Assembly (NCBI RefSeq): GCF_002113885.1
Contig: NW_018406720.1
Location: 860,722 to 924,721, forward strand
DNA from: Mizuhopecten yessoensis
Taxonomy: Eukaryota
Direction of reading: 5' to 3'
Length of the DNA stretch: 64,000 nucleotides
Shown: in pieces, positions 1-13,534 of the stretch
How the letters are laid out: each line of letters starts with the position of its first letter
How positions within the stretch are numbered: position 1 is the stretch's first letter
Notes under the pieces: generated by a model
Told to the model about the DNA's origin: nothing
Databases searched by the model: none
The model's input: only the letters and a program-made list of their open reading frames with translations
Translations under genes and position numbers: made by a program

Positions 1-240
1 TGTTATCCCATAAAGCCTCTTCTCTAAACCTTCAGGGAGGATAGTGTACCGTGTTATCCCATAAAGCCACTTCTCTAAACCTTCAGGGTGGATAGTGTAC
101 CATGTTATCCCATAAAGCCTCTTCTCTAAACTTTCAGGGTGGATAGTGTACCGTGTTATCCCATAAAGCCACTTCTCTAAACCTTCAGGGAGGATAGTGT
201 ACTGTGTTATCCCACAAAGCCACTTCTCTAAACCTTCAGG
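1..240. repeat. 51-bp tandem repeat, ~4.7 copies (truncated by window edge)
   Basis: Unit tgttatcccataaagcc(a/t)cttctctaaaccttcaggg(a/t)ggatagtgtaccg repeats from position 1. Confidence 0.9.
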
Positions 241-609
241 GCCTGAAGGAATGTCGTCAAAAACTTTTCACACATTTGACACTTCTAACCAAGTAAGAAG
301 ACCAAGGTAATTTCTCTGCAAAGATTTGATAGCCCTTTGTAACATGGTGCTGCTGCCTAAATATTATTAACATTGATGTTTGGCTGGAAATGCTGTTTCA
401 AAGTTTTTTAAACAGTAAAATATTTGGATAGGACTGACAATGGATAGATGACAGATGAATGTCACACCATCACATAAAAACCTAATCTATACATAGTGTG
501 TCGACGTGCCTGATAGCTTTGTTGGACAAGTTTGTGAGAAAAGATCTGGGATTAGATGCTAATACATACCAATACATTAACATAGGGATAATCTGTGTGA
601 ATATATTAA

Positions 610-1860
610 AGGTCAGAGATTAGATATAACAATTCATTACTTCTGTCAAGGTCAGATGTCGAACATGACAATATGTTACCCTGGGAATATCTGTATCAGT
701 AATGTAAAGGTCAGAGGTTAAATGTAATGATACATTACCTTGTAATGGTCAGAGGTCAGACATAACAATACGTTACCCTGGGAATATCTGTACCAGTATT
801 GTAAAGGTCAGATGTCAGATATAACGATACATTACCTTGTTATGGTCAGAGGTCAGACATAACAATATGTTACCCTGGGAATATCTGTATCAGTAATGTA
901 AAGGTCAGATGTCAGATATAACGATACATTACCTTGTTATGGTCAGAGGTCAGACATAACAATATGTTACCCTGGGAATATCTGTATCAGTAATGTAAAG
1001 GTCAGATGTCAGATATAACGATACATTACCTTGTTATGGTCAGAGGTCAGACATAACAATATGTTACCCTGGGAATATCTGTATCAGTAATGTAAAGGTC
1101 AGATGTCAGATATAACGATACATTACCTTGTTATGGTCAGAGGTCAGACATAACAATATGTTACCCTGGGAATATCTGTATCAGTAATGTAAAGGTCAGA
1201 TGTCAGATATAACGATACATTACCTTGTTATGGTCAGAGGTCAGACATAACAATATGTTACCCTGGGAATATCTGTATCAGTAATGTAAAGGTCAGATGT
1301 CAGATATAACGATACATTACCTTGTTATGGTCAGAGGTCAGACATAACAATATGTTACCCTGGGAATATCTGTATCAGTAATGTAAAGGTCAGATGTCAG
1401 ATATAACGATACATTACCTTGTTATGGTCAGAGGTCAGACATAACAATATGTTACCCTGGGAATATCTGTATCAGTATTGTAAAGGTCAGATGTCAGATA
1501 TAACGATACATTACCTTGTAATAGTCAGAGATCAGACATAGCAATTACAACACCCTGAGATTATCGGTATGAGATTTGAAAAGGTCAGAGGTCAGACATA
1601 ACAATTCATTACACAAAGAATATCTGCGTGAGTGTTGTAAGGTTAGAGGTCAGATATAATACATTACGTTGAGGAATATCTGTGTGAGTGTTGTAGAGGT
1701 CAGAGGTCAGACATACCAATACATTAGCTTGTACAAGTCAGAGGTCAGATATAACAATACCTCACCTTGGGGAATATCTGTATGAGTGTTGTAGAGGTCA
1801 GAGGTCAGACATACCAATACATTAACTTGTATAGGTCAGAGGTCAGATATTACAATACCT
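610..1860. repeat. 97-bp intronic minisatellite derived from the adjacent exon end and splice donor
   Basis: Near-perfect 97-bp units at ~750-1520 (e.g. starts 844, 941), degenerate toward both ends. Units contain ttaccctgggaatatctgt, matching the exon junction at 1861-1880 (taccttggggaatatctgt). Confidence 0.9.
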
Positions 1861-1863
1861 TAC

Positions 1864-4800
1864 CTTGGGGAATATCTGTGTGAGTGTCCTGACCACTAGT
1901 TGTAACATCATGGCCGGATTAGGTTGACCTTTTGCCACAGCAGCCAAAGTTTCTTCCATATCTTGTGAAGTAACTGAAGACAGCATGACATCGTTACCTG
2001 TGGCCTTCAGAGTAGTGTCCTTACGAAAACTAGATAAATCCTTACATGTTTTGTCAAACTTATTTTCAGAGTAATTTGATGCCATGATTTTGTTGTCAAC
2101 CCGAGCTGAAGCAATGATTGATTTTCCTAGTTTCTGTCGTCGCTGTTTGTGTTTCTCTGTCAGTGTGGACATAAGATTGTCCATGTTAAACACCCCTCGT
2201 CCCTCATCAGCTCCACCGCCCTGAGACATTGATTCTTTTAACCAGTTCATTTGCCGCACTGGTTTGGCGGTAGGTGTGGGTGGGGTCTGCAAAATATTAA
2301 CATCAGTGTATTTCTTGGGTTCAACTGTCATAGTAGGTGGTACTTGTGAAATTATTAATTTATATTTCTAGTACTTTTACACAGGGTTTAAAGGGGGGAC
2401 TGTCGGTATATAATTTACAGATTACCCTTCTCAACCATCAGTGTATATTTCTCGCACTTTTCCACAGGGTTTAAAGGGGGAAGTGTCGGTATATAATTTA
2501 CAGATTACCCTTCTCAAACATCGATGTATATTTCTCGCACTTTTACACAGGGTTTAAAGGGGGAACTGTCGGTATATAATTTACAGATTACCCTTCTCAA
2601 CCATCAATGTATATTTACCTTAGGTGGAACATGATTTTGAAACACTGGGTCATTCAAAAGGTCATCAGCTGAAGGTCGTTGCTCACATTCCCTGCAAAGC
2701 ATCTTCTCCATCACAGCAATCAGTTCTGAACTATATTTGTCTTTTGGCATGGGAGGTAACTGTGGACAGTTTGAAATTAATGAAGCATGAGTATAAACCG
2801 TGGAAGATTATTTTTTTACTGCCACTGTTTTGCTGGTGACTGTGACCTTGCCATTCATTTACTGTGTTTATGACTCAAGCTATTTTGTGTTTCAGGAATT
2901 ACACTTTTGTTGTCAATGTTACTATTACTAAAACTAGAACATTGGCTTTGAGGTAGGAGTCTTGAGCAAATGATTAAAAAGTTGTTGCATTTTCGACGGA
3001 ATGCCCTGATTTGGAAAAAGGGGCATAACTCTGCTGAATAGCATTTAAATGTCACAATTGAAGAACTTATTCAAAGCATTCACGTAATGAAACAACCAAG
3101 TAGTTTAATAACAAGAGGCCCAATGAGCCTGAATCGCTCACCTGGTATTTATCTTACACGTGTAATCTTAAAAGTGGACTAAAGTTTGATTCATAAGAAC
3201 CTATCAAAAGATTTAAACATATGACGCCTGTGACCTTGAGTGTTAAACAAGGACATTAAGTTGAACAGAGTTTATAGTCTTCCAACCCAGCATGCTCTGG
3301 CAAAATATCATTATCCTGGACGTTTTTGTTAAACAGAACAAGTCATTTAAAGATTTTAAATATTATTGACTTGTTGTAATTCATAGTCTCAATTATCTCT
3401 ATAACTTCAAGTAAATGTGCTTTCACGTTATATCTATAAAATTTGTCAAAAGCATTTGTTTGAAATTTCAGCTTCAAGTACAAAGATATGGTAAGGGAAG
3501 AGCATTGTTTACAAGATATGTACACCCTAAAATGTCTTCCAAGTCGTTATTTTATTTTACTTCCTGTGCAATATATCAAATATATCAATACAAAGTAGAT
3601 ATGAACCGACAGACATACCTGACCATGTACAATCTTGAAGACAAGCTGCTGCATCAGCATGGCATCAAAAGGTCGCTCAAGGGTAGCCATCTCATACACA
3701 CACACGCCCAGGCCCCATATATCACTCTGTCGGAAAATAAAACCACATATACAAACAGGGTTATACTTTCATCATATAAGTAGGTCTACTGTCTGTAATG
3801 GCTGAAGTTAAAAAAATATAATAAATATTAAAATTAATACAATTCTGATATTTTGGAGGAAAAAAATGAATAAATCAAATATTTCGATAGCATTTAAATA
3901 AACAAGAGCATCACTGGGCCTGTATCCCTCCCCTTTTTATCAATGTTGCTGGGAAACCTATCTCATATCTGTGATATTGAAAGTAAGTCAAAGTTAAATT
4001 GTTACGAGTCAGGGTCAAATTGTAATGGGTCAGGGTCAAATTGTAATGGGTCAGGGTCAAATTGTAATGGGTCAGGGTCAAATTGTTACGCGTCAGGGTC
4101 AAATTGTAATGGGTCAGGGTCAAATTGTTACGAGGCAGGGTCAAATTGTAATGGGTCAGGGTCAAATTGTAATGGGTCAGGGTCAAATTGTAATGGGTCA
4201 GGGTCAAATTGTTACGAGTCAGGGTCAAATTGTAATGGGTCAGGGTCAAATTGTAATGGGTCAGGGTCAAGTTGTCATGGGTCAGGGTCAAATTGTAATG
4301 AGTCGGGTTCAAATGTTTTAAAACGATCTTCATAGCAAGCAAGTTAACAATACAGCAAAAATATAGTAACTCCCCACCTTTTTGAATCTCTGTTGGGAGA
4401 TTTTAACTCAATGTATCTTCAGATCATTTATTTGAATAAAGTTGATAGTATCACTATGATATCCCAGTAAGCTGTAGGCTAAATGTTACTACTCTACTTT
4501 TAAAAGAGCTTTTTTAAATATTTTAAAAAAATTGACCCCTGTGGCCTTGAACACGGATCAAGGTTATTCAATTAACCAAATTTGATATACTTTTAACTCA
4601 GTCTTAGGTTATTTTTTTATGGAAAGAAAACTGGATTGATTGTGATTCTAAAGTTAACTTTTCAAGATGTTATTAGAAAACTCAGCCATTTGATAAACAC
4701 AGCTTGAGATTACAGGGAGGTCATCCTTTTTACAGGAACACAATTGGTAAAGTTGACCTTTACAAATATACCTGTTCTGTAGTGGAATGAGTTTTACATT

Positions 4801-7800
4801 CCTTTAGTTCACTACTGTACTAAATCATTCAACTAGTAATTACTATTTCTAGAACAGATTGACAGATATTTGACAGTTTGATGGGCAGTGATTCAGCTTA
4901 CTGATCACAACAAAACCATTCTATCTTTAGTAATTTTGAAAAACTTTCTAAACAAAACCTATCAGACTTGAAACAGTTAACAACTAACTTTGGTGATAAG
5001 CCCTTACCTTGGCATCGTAAGGTTTACAGGCGAATAGTTCCGGACTCATATAATAGGGACTTCCACAGAAGGTCACTGCCTTGGCATTAGGTCGCTCTAA
5101 AACTCTGGAAAACAATAAATAGAAATGATGACACATAAAAAGAAACAATTGTTGCAATTATTAATAACAGAAAATAAAGTAAAAGCATGTTGGAAAATGA
5201 TTTTACAAAACTGGCGTCCTTTGAGATAGTACATGTAAGCACATTCATTCAGGTTTTCCTAATTAGACTCATATATCACTGCTACAGTACTACTGTAGTT
5301 TTCCGTGTTCGTCCCGCCCGCTATACAGGTTCCGACTATAAATAAATAAATGAATATACAACATTTGATATAGCGCTCTATCTAGCTAACATAAAACACT
5401 CTAAAGCACTTTACAGTACATAGATATAAAATTTAATACAATGAATTTAATTAGCATATACATTAATCAATACAATTTTGAGGAATTCGCAGGAGCTGCC
5501 TTATCAGACGCTAACTACTAGTCCTATACCACATGGCTAATATCTCCCTATATGTGTATGCCTGCGTGTGTGCTGGAGATGTATTGTGTTCTGTTTGTAG
5601 TGGGACCGTACTTCCAACAGTATCATTTATATTGCCACCCCCCTAAATGCCACAGCACAGATACCGCAACATCCACCCCAGACCATTTTATACTCCACCT
5701 GGGTTGTTGGAGTTGTGTGGGCAAGAGAAAAACACTTTCTCTGAATATTCCATACGTACGACGACTTCACCTGCTAGGAATGCTGGAGTGTTAACCACTC
5801 AACCAATCTGCCCATATCTAGTGGAACGTGTTTTTTTTTTTTTTAAATAATTGTATTGTGTTCTGTTTGTAGTGGGACCGTACTTCCAACAGTATCATTT
5901 ATATTGCCACCCCCCTAAATGCCACAGCACAGATACCGCAACATCCACCCCAGACCATTTTATACTCCACCTGGGTTGTTGGAGTTGTGTGGGCAGGAGA
6001 AAAACACTTTCTCTGAATATTCCATACTACGACGACTTCACCTGCTTGGAATGCTGGAGTGTTAACCACTCGACCAATCTGCCCATATCTAGTGGAACGT
6101 GTTTTTTTTTTTTTTAAATAACTGTGAATAAAGCAAGCGATTTGTTTTCATTTCTTCCTCTCCACAGGTACACCTGAATAGTTACTATACAACTTGTGAT
6201 AATAATTATAAATATACCTTCAGCTTCCTAGTTTAAGCTGCTGCAAATTGTTACACTCAGACAATCTGTAATAGTTTTACAAAAGGTATCAGCCCATCAG
6301 GTTTAAATATCTTCTATCTCACACTATGCCATTGATTTTTGGGGTTAAACAAAAAAACTCTCTCTGGGTAAAGTGTGGGATTAGTCTGAGGACTCACTTG
6401 GCAAGTCCCAGGTCGCCTAGTTTGGCGATCTTCCTCGTTCCCGTGAGGAAAACATTCTGGGTCTTCATGTCTCTGTGTATGATCTTTCTGCCATGTAGAT
6501 ACTGTAAAAAATAGTAGGACTTTTCAATTACGTTAGGATTTTATTTTAAATGATACAGATGTTAATTGTTATATCTTAGAAAATATTTGATTTTGTATAT
6601 ATATGTTAATTATAACCAAAAAAAAAATTTAAAAAAAAATGCTAGCATAAAATAAGAAAAGGCCAACAGATTTATATCCTAAACCAGAATCTAAACCAAA
6701 GACTAATCGGTCTAAGACTTTCCTTGGGATGCAGGCATTTGTAATCAATATTTCTCTCACTACATAAGTATCAGCTCATCACAAAGTTTCGGGTTGGAAA
6801 TAGTAAAATGAGAAGAACAGAAAATAGAATCATTTTTCATTCTGGAAATATAAAATTAGAGAAACTATACCTGTCGTCCGATTGGGATGAAGAAAAACAT
6901 CAAACCAAAAAAAAGGAGAAACCCCAGCAAGGATGATTTATAAATACTGAAAGTATTCAGTCTGTACTGCATGAACATGAAAACATTACCGATAAGGCAC
7001 AGCAGATTTCTTTAAACCATTCCACAATCCTGTTTTCTTGTAGTGGTTTGTTCTTCCTGGCCTCCAGATACTGGCTCAAGTCCCCCCCGTCACAGAACTC
7101 GGTCACAATGCACAGCGCTCCATCCTGCTCAAACGACTCTATGTAGCGCAAGATATTCTCATGGTTAAAGTCGGACAGGAGACGTGCCTCCTTCAGGGCC
7201 AATTCTCTTTCTTCTTCTGGGGACTTGGACAGGTTAATCACTTTCATGGCATACTGAAGTAAATGATGTATCACACTGATAATGTAATAAACAAATCATC
7301 ACCTTGAAAATAATATAACTCATTCACCCCTGAAATTTCATAATGAACTATTAATTATTACTATTAACGTTTAATTGGAAGAGTTCAAATGTGTCTTCAG
7401 GGGTAAATGAGTAAACAAAATAAATATCATCATCACAATGTTATGAAGTAAAGAATGTATCACTTCATGATGCAAAACCTCTTAACTGAAGTTATGGTTA
7501 AACAGAACATATACAACGCAAATTCAACACTTAATATAGCAAAGTTTCTAAAGAACAGAAAAAGTATGGTATACCATAGATGAAGTACCTCAAAATATAT
7601 TCACACAAGCCCTCCAGGGTAAGCTAGTACAACAGTTCAGTTTATTAGGGTGGTGTCACTAATGACACGTTTTCAATTGTGACGTCATAATAACTCTAAA
7701 TATGATTGTGAGGTCACGTTTCCCCCAAAGGTGTTCCACATTGGACGCACACATATTCTCTCATTTCCGTGTGTGTAAGATAGAGCTGTCCAGGGTAAGA

Positions 7801-9771
7801 ACGGGGTGCAGGAAATTTCTATCTTTCACCCGATTTCATGTGACGTGACGTCACAATGTTTGCATATATGGGGTATGCTTAATCTCACTGAAAGATTTAT
7901 TTTCTTCTAAAAAGCTAAGGGGAAAAATTGATATTTTCAAAATGGTAGCCAGTCCAATCACATTTTAATGGTTTCTGAGCTTATTCTGATAGTAGGAATG
8001 GGAGAAAAAATACTCTTTCATACCCAAAGGTGTAGGATAGGGAAATTCAACCCGGGGGTTTTCAAATTTGGTAAAACCCGAGGCTTGCCGAGGGTTTTGC
8101 TAAATTTGAAAATCCTGAGGAATGAAAGAGTCTTATAATCTTGCACACACAGAGGAGGGAGAAAAACTTCCAACTTTCTGTTACAATATTGCCTATCTCA
8201 TGAATCTGACATTCTGTTACAATATTGCCCATTTCATTAATCCCACACTCTGTTACAACTTTATTATACTCCGCTCCAATTTAACAACTCAAACACCAAA
8301 CTGCATATAGCAAGTGTGAACAATGGTGGACTACAACCGGCATTTATTACAAATATAATCATGTCGATTACAGTTATGTTACAATTTTCCTGCATGTACA
8401 AATGTATATATCTATATACACAACGCCGATATCTCTCATTTCCTCATTCAACATGCCTACTAGATCTAACTAGTATCTATACCATAATGTAATTGAATTT
8501 AAAAAATCAAACAAATGACTAGCACGCCAACCAACCTGATAACCTTGCTATGAGGCGATACAGGAGGTGCACCAACCGTGAAGGCTTAAGACACTGTCTG
8601 CTGGGGTTTCTAACCTAAACGATCTAGTTAAAATAATATATATATGCATTTCAATAAAATTGCTTAAAAATTTGAATTTTAAATTTAGCTTGACCATACG
8701 CTACGTCGTCCATGGCTAGAATGACAAACATCACCCCATACTGCACACACTTTTCTCTTTTCTGTCCTAGCACGTGCCCACAACGTGTCAAACGCTCATT
8801 AGACAAATAATAACACCTGTCTGAAGGAAATACCAGAAATACGTAACTACAGGACAATAGTTATGGGACCATCATTTTCCGCTTTACTCTGAACCGCAGA
8901 AAATGTTTAAATCTCATGAATCTGACATTCTGTGACAATATTACCCATCTAACTAAATCCACACCTGTTCTGACTGCTGCGAGCAGTTTAACAATAACAC
9001 CCCTGGCTTGAGATGTAAACAGAAATCCCACAGTTACCAGTGTGAACGAATCGGACTAGATCTGCATCGTCATGCTCAGTTTGTGTTCATTTGTTGACAG
9101 ATCAAACAGCAAGATTAATGTTCAAGCACATGGGTTTGTTACAAATGCCTAAAATACGCACACTATGCTATACTGTAAATTGCTGGTATGTTTATGTATG
9201 TTGTGACCAATATCAGTGTGTATACTTATGTGTGCTGTGACCAATATCAGTATAGCAAATGTATTTTAGACATTTGTGAAGAACCCATGTCAGGTTCAAG
9301 GGCATTGTATACTTCAAGTGCAGGTTTGGGTATGACAAAAAAACAGAAGGGGCCTTTTAATGATTAGATCAAGAAATACCTAAGAATATTAATACTGTTC
9401 TGAAAACATTGGCATTAAAAATTTGTACCAGGTGTAGTAGCACCACAGTTTTACCTGGATACCTGTTACAGAACGTAAACATGCACAAACAATATTTAAT
9501 TAATGTTTCTAGTTTGATTAATAATTGGGTAATTTAATATATAAGTATATGGGAGGTTTATAGTTTGCAACACTAACTTATCAGTGAAAAAAAAAAGAAA
9601 TGTTTCGAAATTATCAACACGACACAGTCTGTCGGTGACAGATTTGACAGAGCACAGTTTTACCTGCTCTGTCGGGTTGTGCTTGTCCGTCACCAGGTAC
9701 ACTTTACCGAAGGCTCCCTCTCCGAGAGTCTTCACCAAATCAAAGTCGATGTCTGAGCTAGAAGTCGCCAT
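1864..9771 (-). CDS. NIMA-related Ser/Thr kinase, NEK4-like; 5' part of gene, continues beyond window
   Basis: Exons (minus): 9771-9664 (LGEGAFGKV), 7253-6990 (YAMK, alphaC-E), 6501-6398 ([15 protein letters not shown]), 5104-5008 (GSPYYMSPE), 3726-3619 (SDIWGLG..YEMATL), 2759-2619 (LPPMP..RPSA), ~2343-1864 (low-complexity tail). Phases are compatible GT-AG except for the last acceptor. DLG in place of DFG and HRDxKTQNVFL are NEK4-type. Confidence 0.9.
2372..2616. repeat. ~83-bp tandem repeat x3 filling most of a NEK intron
   Basis: Three copies of acacagggtttaaagggg..ctgtcggtatataatttacagattacccttctcaa..tgtatattt. Confidence 0.9.
3109..3355. mobile_element. Non-autonomous Helentron/HINE-like fragment
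   Basis: Begins aacaagaggcccaatgagcctgaatcgctcacctg and continues with a degenerate tgtgaccttga-type monomer. Similar start at 3901. Recognised by pattern only. Confidence 0.45.
4009..4312. repeat. 21-bp tandem repeat (~14 copies) inside a HINE-like element (~3900-4600)
   Basis: Unit gggtcagggtcaaattgtaat. Explains the spurious ORFs at 3911-4342. Confidence 0.92.
5580..6120. repeat. ~271-bp direct tandem duplication (SINE-like sequence)
   Basis: 5580-5850 and 5851-6120 are nearly identical; each ends in a T-run followed by aaataa. Confidence 0.9.
7318..7413. mobile_element. Small MITE-like hairpin
   Basis: actcattcacccctgaa ... ttcaggggtaaatgagt inverted termini. Confidence 0.45.
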
Positions 9772-9890
9772 TATTGTAGATATTCTGATATATGAACAGA
9801 AACTACCATCACCTCATGATTGTGAAAATTTTGCTTTCGGTTTGAAGAGAGGTTTGACCTCATTCAGATAGGCCTAATCGAGGTTGATTT

Positions 9891-9900
9891 ACTTCCGGGT
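9891..9900. promoter_or_regulatory. ETS-type motif (ACTTCCGG) in putative NEK promoter
   Basis: acttccgggt lies 120 bp upstream of the kinase ATG; ETS consensus typical of TATA-less promoters. Confidence 0.5.
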
Positions 9901-9998
9901 GGCAGTTCTCGGAACAGATAATTTCTTTGGCGGCAAAATTTGAATTCTAAAATATTATTCAAAAGTATGTAATTGCTGACCCCCAAAATAATGTTTTA

Positions 9999-12900
9999 TA
10001 GAGGATTGTATGTTATAATTAGTTTCTATACGTAATTCATGTTAATTATCATTGTGCAATTTACCACTACTTTGTGTTTTAACATATTTTTAAGTGAACG
10101 TAACAGAGTCCCATTTATGAACACGGTCAATACCCTTTATGCACGTCGCTGATACAGTATAACCCTACACAATTAGTGAAAAATGAATAAAATACAACAG
10201 AAAACCATGACTATATACTGCACCGCTTCGACTTTACCCGTTTTTTTCCACATGGAAAGAAGAAGACATTATTTGATGCATGGAACGGTTATCACAGTGT
10301 ACCCATCTGCGAAGAGGACAGACACTTGACCACGTTCATTACTTCTTGTGGGAGGTACCGTTACAAAACTGCACCCCAAGACTGCATTGCATCGGGCGAC
10401 GGATACACCAGGCGCTATGACGAGCTTGTTTCGGATATCCCCAACAAAACAAAATGTGTCGAAGATGTTCTTTTATGGTCAGACACTGTTGAAGAAAGCT
10501 TCTTTTAGGCAGTCCAGTGGCTTGACATATGCGGCCGTAACGGTATAACGCTGAACCCTGACAAATTTGTATTTGCAGAGGACACACTCGAATTCGCTGG
10601 GTTTGAAATAACCAACGATAGTGTACGGCCTTCACAGAAATACCTACGCACCATCCTGGATTTCCCGACACCCAGGAACATCACAGATGTGCGGCCATGG
10701 TTTGGACTAGCCCATCAGGTGTCGTATGCCTTCAGTATGACTGAGAATATGCTTCCTCTCCGTCAGTTGATCAAACCAGATCAACCATTTCAGTGGACTG
10801 AAGATCTCCAACGACTTTTTGAGGAATCCAAAATTGTCATTGCCAACGAGATTGAGCAGGGTGTACGGATTTTCGACGTAAATTGACGTGTCTCGCGACG
10901 GACTGGTCAAAGACTGGCATTGAATTCTGGTTGCTACAGAAACACTGCGCTTGTGCTAATGAAAGCCTGCTATGCTGCCGTGATGGTTGGAAAGTTACAC
11001 TCGTAGGTAGTCGGTTCACACATGCGGTAGAGACGCGTTACGCGCCGGTTGAGGGCGAGGCCCTGGCAGTAGCAGATGCTCTTGATAAAGCTAGACACTT
11101 CGTTCTTGGGTGCGACAACTTGATCATAGCTGTTGATCATAAGCCATTGTTGAAGTTATTTGGCGATAGATCACTGGAACACATTCCTAACAACAGACTT
11201 CGTAACCTCAAGGAGAAAACACTACGATACCGTTTTGAATGCTTCATGTGCTTGGCACACGACATCGTGCTGCGGTTTGTATCTCCCGACATCCTATTGG
11301 TGAGCCTGAGAAACTTGTGCTCGAGGACGACATTGCAGCACTGTCCTTTTCTGCCGTCGACATCGCCCACTTTGGTCTAATGAGTGGTCTATGCATGCCT
11401 TCATCAGGACTAGCATTTGTCGAGGAGCATGTCGTGGCAACAGCCTCTTCAACACCAGATGCGATCAATTTACGATCCGTCACCTGGGAGCGCGTTAGAA
11501 CCACTACTACCAGCGATGACAACATACCGGCGGCAAGAATATTTCCCATTCCGCGACGACCTTCATACGGTTGATGGTGTAGTACTTTATAAAGACAGAC
11601 TAGTCATTCCACCATCGTTTCGGGAAGAAACCCTTGCCTCTCTGCATTCTGCACATCAAGGGGTGACATCTATGACTTCAAGAGCTGACGCGTCAATCTT
11701 CTGGCCTGGTATCACGCCTGCCATCGCCTCCCTACGCGCAACTTGTAACCACTGCAACCATATTGCTCCATTTAACCCGAATGCACCACCGACGCCTTTG
11801 ATAACTCCTGACTATCCATTCCAATGCGTGTGTGCAGATTTTTTCCACTACATGAGCTGTAATTACCTAGTGGTAGTTGATTGTAATTCCAACTGGCCGG
11901 TGATGGAGAAAGTCTCTGATGGTTACAATGGTTTAATAGACTGTCTCCGAAGGACATTTGTTACTTTTGGTATCCCTGATGAACTAGCATCAGATGGTGG
12001 ACCCGAGTTCAATTCTGCGGCCACACGTCGATTTCTCAGGAACTGGGGCGTTCACCATAGACTGTCATTTGTAGCTTTTTCCCCATAGTAACTGCCGTGC
12101 TGAAGTGGGAGTCAAAACAGTGAAGCGTCTGATCACCAGTCCCAATAGCGACTTAAACACCGACGCATTCCAACGCGCTATTCTCCAGTATCGTAACACA
12201 CCTGACAGAGACACAAAACTATCCCCTGCTATGTGCGTGTTCGGTCGTCCTATACGAGACTTTATTCCTATACCGCCCGGTCGGTACATTCCACACAACA
12301 CTTGGCTGGAGACTTTAGCAGCTCGCGAGGAGGCGTTACGGAATCGTCACATGCGAGAAAGTGAACGTTGGTCTGAACACACCAAACGCCTCTTACCTCT
12401 TGCAGTTGGAGATCATGTACGCATCCAAAATCAAGTTGGTCCTCACCCCCTTAAATGGGACAAGACTGGAATCATTACCGAAGTTCGCCAGTTTGATCAA
12501 TATGTAGTTCGGGTTGACGGATCTGGCCGTGTTACCTTACGCAACAGGAAATTCCTAAGGAAGTATATCCCAGTCGTTACACCACCAGCGCGCTACACAA
12601 TTGACAATCAAATTGGACTCTCCCATCGTACGACGTCTCCTACTTCTAACGCCCCAGACACCGTCGTCGGTGAAGAGAGCAACCCTCCCCGTAAGGATAC
12701 GAGTCCTCCACCATCCACTCCGTTGACTACTAGAACCATACAACGTTCGCCTCGTTCATCATCTGATGTTGATCACCCTTCACCACCATTTGGTATTCGA
12801 GACATCTTCAGTCGACGTCATCTAGCGTTTGATTCTCCTGCAACCCCAGTGAGCAAAATCACCACACCCCCGGCAACGATGCCACCTATCTCGACACATA

Positions 12901-13346
12901 CGCCACAAGCAGTAGTTCCGTCCCCTGCACCGATCCGGACTTCTGGTCGTGCCACAAAGAAACCAGCTTGGCATTCAGATTATAAAATGTCCAAATAACA
13001 ATTGACTTGTTTCTACTTGGAACATTTCCTAAGTGTTATATCTGTTGTGCAACTTTTCACGGAGACTCAGTGCTTCATTTTGTTTATTTTAGGACAATTA
13101 GTCGTACATTTCTTAATAATTCTCATATTTCACATCAGTCTTTGTTCCTAGGACTAATACGAGTGACCCTATAACTCGCGTGTACCAAAGACTTGGGGGA
13201 GATAGAGAATTGTATGTTATGATTAGTTTCTATACGAAATTCATGCTAATTATTATTGTGCAATTTATCACTACTTTGTGTCTTTTCAGACCGTGTTCAT
13301 TGCTGAATAAACATATTTTTAAGTGAACGGAACAGAGTCCCATTTA
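9999..13346 (+). mobile_element. Ty3/Gypsy LTR retrotransposon, internally deleted and degenerate
   Basis: LTRs at 9999-10117 and 13203-13346; polypurine tract ggggga ga just before the 3' LTR; flanks tttta / tttga; domain order RT-RNaseH-integrase. Confidence 0.92.
10250..12998 (+). pseudogene. Disrupted Gypsy pol (partial RT, RNase H, integrase)
   Basis: RT: DAWNGYHSV, TTFIT, APQ..SGDGY, KCVED. RNase H: ATDWSKTG, YAPVEGEALAV, DHKPL. Integrase: H-x3-H...C-x2-C, ADFF, SDGGPEF, RAEVGVK. In-frame stop at 10506 and several frameshifts; gag and protease absent. Confidence 0.92.
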
Positions 13347-13534
13347 TTTGATATCCTTTATTATTTTTGCATATGCTAAATCCTAGTTTTGAGAATGCAA
13401 ATTTCGATTCTAAGTTTGCAACTTTCTATTTTTGGTGTTAGACTAGATAATTCAGGCTCCCAACAGATGGGATCTTATCTTTTCTCTTCTTTCTAAACAA
13501 CTTTCTTCTTCCTAATGTCTCCCTTGACAATGCC

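Noticed and set aside
610-1860. CRISPR-like appearance of regular repeats (also 19455, 24700, 33110)
   Set aside because: No unique spacers, no cas genes, eukaryotic context.
3911-4342. Repetitive ORFs (HYNLTLT, SGSNCNG, MGQGQIV) resembling antifreeze or structural proteins
   Set aside because: Readings of a stop-free 21-bp repeat, open in several frames on both strands, inside a NEK intron.
5552-6117. Duplicated 80-88 aa ORFs
   Set aside because: Chance frames in a duplicated SINE-like intronic repeat, antisense to NEK.
7570-8160. Hairpin aaacccgaggcttgccgagggttt suggesting a structured RNA
   Set aside because: More likely part of a dispersed non-autonomous repeat; boundaries cannot be defined from one copy.
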